Part shown: positions 55,388 to 64,000 of the stretch, in pieces | Layout of the letters: every line of letters begins with the position of its first letter | Numbering within the stretch: the stretch's first letter is position 1 | Assembly: GCF_000150275.1 (NCBI RefSeq) | Contig: NW_002060963.1 | Span: 143,669-207,668 of the forward strand | Length of the DNA stretch: 64,000 bases | Direction: 5' to 3' | DNA from: Trichoplax adhaerens | Lineage: Eukaryota; Animalia; Placozoa | The notes under the pieces: model-generated | Told to the model about the DNA's origin: nothing | What the model saw: only the letters and a program-made list of their open reading frames with translations | Databases searched by the model: none | Translations under genes and position numbers: made by a program

Positions 55388-58300
55388 GTTGTATCTTGCG
55401 AGCTAGGGAAACTTATTCCTCTTAATAAAAAATTGAATTAATGAAAGAGTCTTTATATATCTTATCATAACTCAGATGGGAATATTTTAATCCATTTCTA
55501 ACTTGAATCAAAGCCTATTATATCCATTGGGTATTAATTAAATCCATTGTTTATATACATTATTTTCATCGATCAAATTGGTTGTTTATCATAAACTTTA
55601 GCTAGTTATGATTTTCGCTTTTGAAATTTTAAAAAATTTATATCCAAAACAAACACCTCCGCCTTTTCTATTGCAAAATTAACTTGCAGGCCAGTTAGAT
55701 AGGTGTATCTTCTATGACCAGAAGCAGTCTTGAATTAATATGAGATATTAGATTTGTCAAGAGTACCGGTATTCTTTAGTAATGTAGGGGATAAATTAAA
55801 ATTAGTTTTACGATAGACGTGATACAGTCAGTAGTTTGCCTCAGTTGTCTAATAATGGCATAATCTTATTCTATCTCCATTGACTTTGGGAATGGAATTA
55901 ATTAAAAAGAGAATCAGGTAAGTTATGATCGCAGTAACACTCATCCTTTATTACAGTTAGATATCCATTCATTAATTGTTTAACTCCTAATATCTATATC
56001 TATGTGCACTTAATTTGATATCGGAACTAGGCATTTACATAATGGAAATTATTTTTACAACATAGGATCAAATTTTTAATCCATAGGTAGAACATAGAAT
56101 TCATTCTTGGCAAACACTATGGAAGCATATTGATACAGGGAACTATAAATGAATAGCGTTAAAATAATACATTATTAATTGTTCCATAATGCATATAACT
56201 GCCAGCTGAATTCATTCATTTCAAATGCACATTACCACCGATGAATCGCCTATATACTACAGACAGGCTTATGCAGAGAATATAATCAGAAGCTTTAGCA
56301 TCCATGATTTCCTAGCAAGCAGCTGGTCGCCAACAATTTGTATATCGATTGACATACTCCGAATAATCAATCACTAATTAACATACTCCTATTATTACAG
56401 TACTACCGTTACGTTGTCAATATTCAGAATCAGCTTATTTCATGTATAACGTATATTTTTTTAAACAGTAGTCACTTATTGATGTATCAAAAGCTTATGG
56501 TAAAATTACTGGTACATAAACTAGTTGATAGCGGGGTATGGAAATATTACTCCCAAATAAGGGCTATTTTCCTTTTCTTTTTTCTTTACTATTTTACTGT
56601 AAGATCTATTTTTTGATGCTTCTAAATAGAAATCTGTAAATTGAGTGTAACCCGCACATGCTAACCATGTCCTCAACGTTACTAGTTCGATTAAGCATGG
56701 AACCACTGTATATTTGAAATGTGAGTTGATTTGTAGCTAAGACATGAAAGTCTCAATACAATGTCGATGATATCATGAAATTTAGCTATTATCTTCTGAA
56801 GTATGTGCTGAGGTGGGATAAGGTAGGCCATGATAAGTGCCGGATATATGTAATACTGTATGCCATCTAATTATCGAACCAAAAATGGTGTAATGGTTAC
56901 TAAACAAAATTTGCTCCGTAGTCATGGTTATACGGTAACTTTAGTATCAATTTTGCTAGTTGAACAATGTCTATTTGCTTCAGTGCACTTGGCAGCTGTT
57001 CACGAATTGATCATGTCACTTCTATTTCGATAAATAGCTCTTGTATTGAACGTGGCGCATGCAAAAACTATAGTAACGTATGTCGGTGGACATTGATATT
57101 CTTTTACTAAAGCATAATTTTATACTTACAACTTGTAATATTACGGGCTGTATTCTAGATTAGCGCTTGGGCAATTACTAATATCTCTATCGAATAAGAT
57201 CGCAATGAATTATACAAGACATAATTACATCAAGAAAGACTAGCTGCGGTATAATGTTGTCGATCATATATTACTTGATTACTAACTGAAAGCTAGACGT
57301 GTTCGTACATTGATCCTAAGCTTAACTTCTAAAGAATAGAATCATTATGAAATTAACACGTTGGCATAACTACAACAACAGTCTGTTGTACATTACATAT
57401 CTAAACTGTAAACATGGCATGAGTAGTATAATGGTCATCAACGTAATTAATATTTTAATTTCGATGTTTTCGTTGACTGCTTAGATTAATATGTATTAAT
57501 ATTTTACTTCTTACTTTTAAGTCTAACTATTGGATCACGATTGTTTTTAGATTAGCGAAGTGATAAAAGTAATTTCTTTGAAAGATTTTCTGTAAGACTT
57601 CGGTGCGGTATATCTATAGATAAACGTATCAACGCCTAATGAAATGAAGCTGTAATCCGTCTGATCGATGAAGAAAGTCACAGATAACTTGCCTCGGTAG
57701 TTAAATATTGGGTATACTAGCAGTGCTAAATCATTGTATTACATACCGCAATATCTCTGTCAGCGAAACGACATGACATTAAGCTAGTGCAAGTTTAAAG
57801 GCAAGAAATATCCAATCTGATCTCATAATGTAACTTATTTCTGATTTTTTACCTGATGCTGTCTAGTATAATTGTGCTCGATTGCCAATTTCAGGAAGCA
57901 ATGATTTTCATACTATTTCTTACTCATTTATTAAGCTAACACTAGTATTATTTCTTTTGGTCGCAGGAGCTTAGATATCGTTAAAGCTGATAGCGGAAGT
58001 ATTGTTAACAAGAAGCATGAAACAAAACGTGATTTGATATTACAGTATTTCCTGGAAAGTATAAAAACTATCGCTCCTTACATGGTGATTAAAAAGATGA
58101 CCGGAACTCTTCCATTTTAAATATACACTATATGTACGTGATTAATTCATTGATAATATTTCTATTTGTAGATTTTTGCAATTATCAATGGGGTATGAGG
58201 TCATTTGCATATTCTAAATAAGCCTTATTTGTTGAAGTTATTTTCTATGCTTTTGATCTGTTCTAGCCAATAACTGTTGATATCTAGATAAAGTAATAGC

Positions 58301-58486
58301 TACGATAGTTTGGTAGATACGAGCATAACAGTGGCATTTTAACATTAGTGGCTGTTGTAAAGTCTACGGTATTGATAGTGATTCAATTTCCATATCAGTT
58401 TGGCAACAGGAAGGACTGTCGATACTACTATCAAATATATGTTTTATAAATATGACAAGATAGTTTACACCACTTAATTTATCTTA

Positions 58487-58686
58487 AACTCTTTAGATAG
58501 AATTAAGGATATTTATTCTTATACAGTTGCTGCAGGAACTAGTAAAATAGAAATAAATTAAACACAGATTCAATAACTAGTTGTAATTTTTTATTTTTTA
58601 CATAGTTCCAGCAGGAACTACTAAGATAGAGAGAAATAAAACACTGATTCAATTCAATTTGTCAACTCTTTAGATAGAATTAAGGA
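58487..58686 (+). repeat. ~140-bp copy of 52671-52812 flanked by a 23-bp direct repeat
   Basis: 58511-58653 is nearly identical to 52671-52812; aactctttagatagaattaagga occurs at 58487-58509 and 58664-58686. Confidence 0.9.
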
Positions 58687-58717
58687 AATTTTTCATTGAT
58701 ATATGTACTGTAACTCT

Positions 58718-58822
58718 CCGTCGGCGAAGTGACAGGACGTTAACTGGTAATTGGAAGAAAATAGAATGTTAATGTCAAATATAAAGGTGTACCAGTTCTA
58801 CAATCCGTCGTGTTGCTGACGG
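58718..58822. mobile_element. Two convergent Helitron-like 3' ends
   Basis: Plus strand: ccgtcggcgaagtgacagg...CTGG|T (58718-58748). Minus strand: ccgtcagcaacacgacgg...CTGG|T (58822-58791). Both resemble 35293-35324. Confidence 0.5.
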
Positions 58823-59801
58823 ACTAGGACTCATAACGCTATTTATATTACTCCTGTTAATACGTATGTGAGAATCAGGTAATCACATTATTGACGTTAA
58901 ACGATTGCCCATTGCATCCCTGACGGCCCATAGCTATCGAACGATCAGTTAAAGATTGTCCAATATTTCCATATCCAGTTCAGAATTTTAGCATTATAAA
59001 AATTCTACTTACGCCTACAAAATTGCGGAATTTACTGTAAACACACCGATGCAGACACAGCTGAAATATTGTATCTGTTAATTTACTGCTTGACAAATTA
59101 AACATCTTCAAAGCGGTTTTTGAGCAAGCTTTATTAATAAGTATCATAACAGATCCGATAAAAACTCAGAATGTACTCCGATAATTATATAAAACGAATT
59201 TTCACTACTAGTACGTGAACCAGTTAGATCTATACTTACTTTCTTAAGTCATTTGAGGAATGTGAATGAAACTTTTTATCGAGCATTTGGCACAACTTTT
59301 ATAATATTATCTCGTCTTGCCTTTCATATTCGACGTAATAATACATATATCAAGCCAAAATATGAGTTAAATAGTGAAAAGAAGAAGGAAATTACTGTAA
59401 AGACGTACTACAAATGAAAGCAGAATACGGTCATAAACAAATTAGCACAGTATCACGCACAGAAGAGTCAAACTGAAATTACTACACTGATGCATGTTCG
59501 AAATTATAGCTAATCCAGCAAGCTTTCATCTTATATTTAGAAAGGATATCATTAAGTTAGTGAACATAAACCAAAAAATTTGATACGGCTGATAAAAGAG
59601 TTTTAAAAGAGAAGATATCAAGTACTTTATAATTTAGGTAATTGGTCGTGATATTATTTTGTATAACAAATATAGTATTAGAAAAAATTTAGGAAATATT
59701 AGACGCTGGTCTATTAAGTTTGTCTAGATTCTTAAGCAGGGTTAGTGCTTATTGCTCAACAGATTGTCTTCCAACTTTCTACTGTAATTATTCATCTATT
59801 T

Positions 59802-62800
59802 TTAGGAAGTATAGCTTGGCGAAACTAGTGCATAAATCATCCTAATAAATGAAAAAATGATTACGATTGTGAGCAGACATCAATGGAAGTAAAATATTTC
59901 ATTACTCTACGTGATCAATTTAAATCGGATGAATAAGCTATACATATGCTACGTTGGTATCTTTAACAGTGAAAAAAATTGAGACAATCTCTACTTATAA
60001 CTGTGATCAAGCCTAGATCTATCGTACGTTACGCTAATCATAGCAAACTTGATCTATTTCTACATTATTAAAGAATCAATCGATTTCACACATGTAGCTA
60101 TACGTTATCACCAATAAATTGCATTATATAGTAATGTAGATGTACTGTATTCTTTACTAGATTTCAAAATAGTATTCTATGTGTATTTCGCATGCAACTT
60201 GCCTGTATAAATAATAGAAAAAGCATAGAATGAAGAAGATCAGCTTCGCCCATCCTTCTTTCTGATGCTTGGCTAGTTCTGTGCTATTCATAACCGTCGT
60301 AGGATCGTATAAGCCGGGGCCAGTCATGAATGGTCGATTGGCATATCTAAATATTGTTTTACATAATACTAGGTAAATGCAATTTATGCTATTCGATTGG
60401 CGTATCTAAATATTGTTTTACATAATACTAGGTAAATGCAATTTATGCTATATGTCTGTTAAGTAGTATGCGAATAGTTCAATGTAGAACTATCTTTCAA
60501 GTATGATAATGACAGATGTACTGTACTGTACGTAAGTACAGTCTTTACAGCAAGGAACTAACAGTAAAATAGTATTTTAACGTGGTAAAGTTATTTAAAT
60601 ACGTTCGAATATACTAAAAATTACATGGCAGTGAAAGATGTCCATTTCTTCTTTATGTAAATTATCAGAATAGATTTAATTTTTAAGAAATGATGCTTTA
60701 TTAATACGCACTCACCGATAAATATTGTATATGATTACTGGCAAATTTATGAGCAAAGCAAATATCTGACCATCCACCAAGAAGAAGAAGCAGAAAAATA
60801 GATGGATTCCATACTCCGGTAAGATTAACTACATTCAATCAATTGCATAAAAATAGTTTTGTTCGATTAATTTAAGATTATCCACTTTGTAAATCTAGAT
60901 GTAGCTGACTCTTCGTTCTTAATTGATGACTACTTCAATATTTTACAATACTCTACCAACCATCACCAATATTGAAAATACGAATGGCTGTAGTTATTAA
61001 TATACAGTAGATGCAATAAATTCTATACTAATTTGTAGCATGAATCAATTTTAGATATTTGGTTAGCAGATACGAAATTTGTGATCGTACCAGTTAGTGA
61101 ACGAATCTGGAAATAGCGGCAATACGTAGCCATATTTCTAATTGAGTGATTATACCTTATATGCAGTTGTGCAATATTGATTTTACGCTTTATGAACTAC
61201 AGTAGTCTGTAGGAATACGCAGTAAGAAGAGAATGTTTAACCTCTTTCAAAAGAGATCGTTACAACTGACATTGTAGGCAAACGGTTTATAGTGCAATTT
61301 ACTTTCTACGCCATACAGTACAGTAAAGTTATCTTGTATCATTTGTACAATATCTTATTGATGTACACACAGCATCTACACTACGTAGAGAAGATAGCGA
61401 AGAGGTAATGTTATCAACGTCAATACAGTACACTATAATTATTGTCAAACCCAATATTGACAGTAATCTCACTTTATTTTTCAATTTGTTTATAACATAC
61501 TCACCGGATTTAAATTATTACACAAGTCTACCGGATTTTTGAAGTCGGTTTTGAGTTCGTCAAAGGCAATAATCTAATGGAAAGGAAGATTTAAAAATGT
61601 TCAGTTTGCTTCAAGACAATGCATACAGCTAATGACGGTGGAAAAGACAAATTGTACAGTACAGTATACTATAATTATGAGACATGTAGTGTCGATTTTG
61701 AGCGCAAACTTCAGATCAGCCATCGACCTCTTTAGCAAAAGATGTCATTGAAGTTCAACGACAGACTAGCTTTTGACATCCATTATAATTTAAAATTTCG
61801 ATTCGTTGACAAGATTTTATAGCGAATACCTAGAACATGATAACAATGTCAGACGCACACAGTACTGTGCAGTATTCATATTTTGGACTGTCGTTTGATC
61901 AATTTTTTCAAGGACATGTAGAGTTTACAGAGGTATTTTTGCCTCAATGATTGTACCGTAGAGTCTATCGCAAGGCAATATAGTGGCTACAGCATAATGG
62001 TATGCGTCTTTCAGTCCAGTATGAAAACTAACGGTATTCTATCGACAGTATTGACTATTCTCACCAATTCAAGGTAATTTATTCATGTTAGTCTGGGTAT
62101 TTGACTAGCCGAATCTCCTGCTTATGCTACTTGGTGTCAATGTTTCAACTATTGTAATACTTTCATCTATCGCGCTATATTACTTTATCACGGTATGAAC
62201 ATTGACCTGGACTGGCGACTAGTACAGTTTAGCACTGCTAAGGTACTACTGTATTTTAGCACAATTTCAATGGGATACCGTTAACGGAGTGATTCATTCC
62301 TGTCCATGATTCTCCAAATGCTATTAGAAAGTTGGATAGTTGATATCAAAGTTCAGTAAAACAAGGAAAAGGAACTTGACTGACTACCGTAATCTTGGGT
62401 CATCGATGTCAATACCCACTATGCAAAGCATGATCAATCCACTATACTGTATTAGGATAAAAATGAACTTTTCCTAGCACCAATAGCTTACTATTCTATC
62501 TTGTGGAAGACTGTAATATTTGCAATGACATTGTAGTTTGCACTTGCACTTTACTAGCCGGGTGGTGTTGTCTACATTCAATCAAACTAGATTGTAGCTA
62601 GCACACTGTTGTATTTATGGCTTGTAAAATAGCAGGCACAAGTATCTCAACATGGTTGCCGGTATAGGCTTTACAGTTGAAGAAGGACGAGTATTCGTGC
62701 GCTATTTCAGTCATCATTGATTATTCTATCATTGAAAGTAGCCTTGATGGAAAATTGTAGCTGTACAACACAAATTGGTTGAGGATAAAACAGAACTTAC

Positions 62801-62875
62801 ATGCCATACAATCATTAAAATGAGCACAGCATCGAGAATTAATGCTATGATAAAAGCCCACAGTTCCAGAGACAT
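59802..62875 (-). CDS. CNIH1: Protein cornichon homolog (CNIH1/2/3 class), 5 exons, 146 aa
   Basis: Exons 62801-62875 (MSLELWAFIIALILDAVLILMIVWH), 61505-61573 (IIAFDELKTDFKNPVDLCNNLNP), 60716-60828 (LILPEYGIH...), 60203-60346 (RPFMTGPGLYDPTTVMN...QKEGWAKL), 59802-59841 (MIYALVSPSYTS*). Diagnostic cornichon motifs. Intron 4 has a GC donor (AG|GCAAGT). Confidence 0.95.
60334..60451. repeat. 59-bp tandem duplication spanning the cornichon intron 3/exon 4 acceptor
   Basis: 60334-60392 and 60393-60451 differ at one base. Confidence 0.95.
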
Positions 62876-62989
62876 GGCGTCTTGAGCTTGGTCTTCCTCC
62901 AAACCACTCGGATGCAAGTGACTTGACCTACGTGTCAACTAGACTGCGCGCTGACGTTTCGAACGTCCCTGATGCGTTTCTTTGTCCTT

Positions 62990-63500
62990 CCACAGTACAG
63001 TACATTAAGCTTACAGTACGCGACTGTACTGTACTAGGGCACTGTACCGTGCCGGTAGTCTGACGTCATGCCATGTGTCTGGTGAACTTTCGCTTCCAGT
63101 ACAGTACTGTGCAGTACAATGTCCAGAAAGATTGTACTGTACTGTACACTGTACCAGTAATTTGGAGTGTCCAGCTTTCCCAATTTGGACACACGACCGT
63201 CCCCGTAGGGTACAGTACTGTATACTGTAGGCATCCTGTATGCCTAGTACTGTACTACTGCATACAGTACTGGAGAGAGAGTACAGTACAGGCCCCAGTA
63301 CTGCACTAGTAATGTACAGTACTGTACTGTAGTGTACTGTACCTCACTGTACTGTAGTTAGAACCTGTCATTTGTACTGTACAGTACAGTATTTGGCATA
63401 CAGTACAGTACTGTACACGGTAAACTGTACTGTAACCGGTCAAGCTGATTTGGTACTGTACCATACGCTGTACGGCATCATACAGATTACACTGTATCAG
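62990..63500. repeat. Degenerate (CAGTA)n/(TACTG)n pentamer repeat field with many CAGTACTG palindromes
   Basis: e.g. acagtacagtac, gtacagtactgtactgtagtgtactgtac; it generates the spurious ORFs at 63034-63518. Confidence 0.85.
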
Positions 63501-63762
63501 AAAAATCTTGGATTGCACTACAGTAGATTGGAAGATTGACTCCGTTGACGAACGGCCCTCGTTGACGAACGACCCTCATTGAACAACGACCCTCATTGAC
63601 CAACGATCTCGCCCTAATTTATACAGTATTTGGCATACTGTCAACCTTCAGGCTGATTTGGTACTGTACGGTATCATACTGAGTACAGTAGACAACAAAA
63701 ATCTTGAATTGCACTAGATAGGGAGATTGACTCCAGCCAATCACCTTCATTGACCAACGACC
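63385..63762 (+). repeat. Imperfect tandem duplication (~63385-63610 / ~63622-63762) with internal ~16-bp repeats (ttgac.aacgaccctc x4)
   Basis: Shared blocks acagtatttggcatac, gctgatttggtactgtac, aaaaatcttg.attgcacta, gattgactcc and ttgaccaacga occur in the same order in both copies. Confidence 0.75.
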
Positions 63763-63781
63763 TTGTGCTCAAAGAAGAAAG

Positions 63782-63853
63782 ATGGCGCAAGCAGCGGTCT
63801 TCGTCTTTGCGCTTATTGATGATTGCTTTTTACTCTTTCTTGCTGTTTACTTT
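63782..63853 (+). CDS. CNIH4: Cornichon homolog 4 (CNIH4-like), first coding exon; gene continues off the window
   Basis: ATG in good context (AAAGATGG) encoding MAQAAVFVFALIDDCFLLFLAVYF, closely resembling the CNIH4 N-terminus (MEAVVFVFSLLDCCALIFLSVYF). Followed in phase 0 by the donor GTATCCTTTT. Confidence 0.85.
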
Positions 63854-63863
63854 GTATCCTTTT
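63854..63863 (+). other. U12-type (minor spliceosome) 5' splice site
   Basis: GTATCCTTTT matches the U12 donor consensus RTATCCTTT immediately after the CNIH4-like exon; the branch point lies outside the window. Confidence 0.8.
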
Positions 63864-64000
63864 CAAATGTTGATATTTTTCAATGTGTAGACGCATACAC
63901 GCACATCCATAGGGTACAGTTGTCCATTCTCGGTATCTGATCATCGATCTGCTATTGGGCAGTGTACAATGCAGATTGCAATTGTGCCATCATTTTCTCA

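Larger units (their letters stand above)
62876..63781. promoter_or_regulatory. Putative bidirectional promoter between the two cornichon genes
   Basis: ~0.9 kb between divergent ATGs; perfect CRE palindrome TGACGTCA at 63061-63068; CCAAT (GCCAATCA) near 63736; dense CAGTA/TACTG repeats. Confidence 0.6.

Noticed and set aside
57966-58120. ~50-codon open stretch after a plus-strand acceptor-like site
   Set aside because: No upstream exons or recognisable homology found.
62876-62938. N-terminal extension of cornichon suggested by ORF 62729..62938
   Set aside because: Begins at a non-ATG codon; homology starts at the ATG at 62875.
63034-63518. Three ORFs rich in YSTV/TVLY
   Set aside because: Translations of the CAGTA/TACTG simple repeat.

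Overview
AT-rich, intron-dense eukaryotic (animal) genomic DNA. Short introns, (CAGTA/TACTG)n-rich promoter DNA and expanded LRR-GPCRs fit a placozoan such as Trichoplax (inference only). Most ORF-track entries are spurious; the real genes appear only when exons are spliced by hand. (1) Gene A, minus strand 55387->27437, complete, ~61 exons, ~2000 aa: signal peptide, degenerate LDLa module, small Cys-rich module, LRRNT, ~51 LRRs each on its own 66-81 nt phase-2 exon, RXFP/GRL101-type hinge and 7TM, then four exons spliced in frame that encode a C-terminal pseudokinase (HRD->HRH, DFG->GFT, no Gly-loop or APE). This giant LRR-GPCR-pseudokinase fusion is the main finding. (2) Gene B, minus strand 24020->beyond the left edge: a diverged tandem paralog whose first 49 exons match gene A one-to-one. 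(3) A complete cornichon (CNIH1/2/3-type) gene, minus strand 62875->59802, head-to-head with (4) the first exon of a CNIH4-type gene (+, 63782), whose first intron has a U12-type donor. Introns and intergenic DNA carry solo-LTR-like repeats, Helitron-like ends, foldback elements, an ~80-bp tandem repeat and a templated insertion with a 23-bp target duplication. All gene models are manual and unverified by transcripts.
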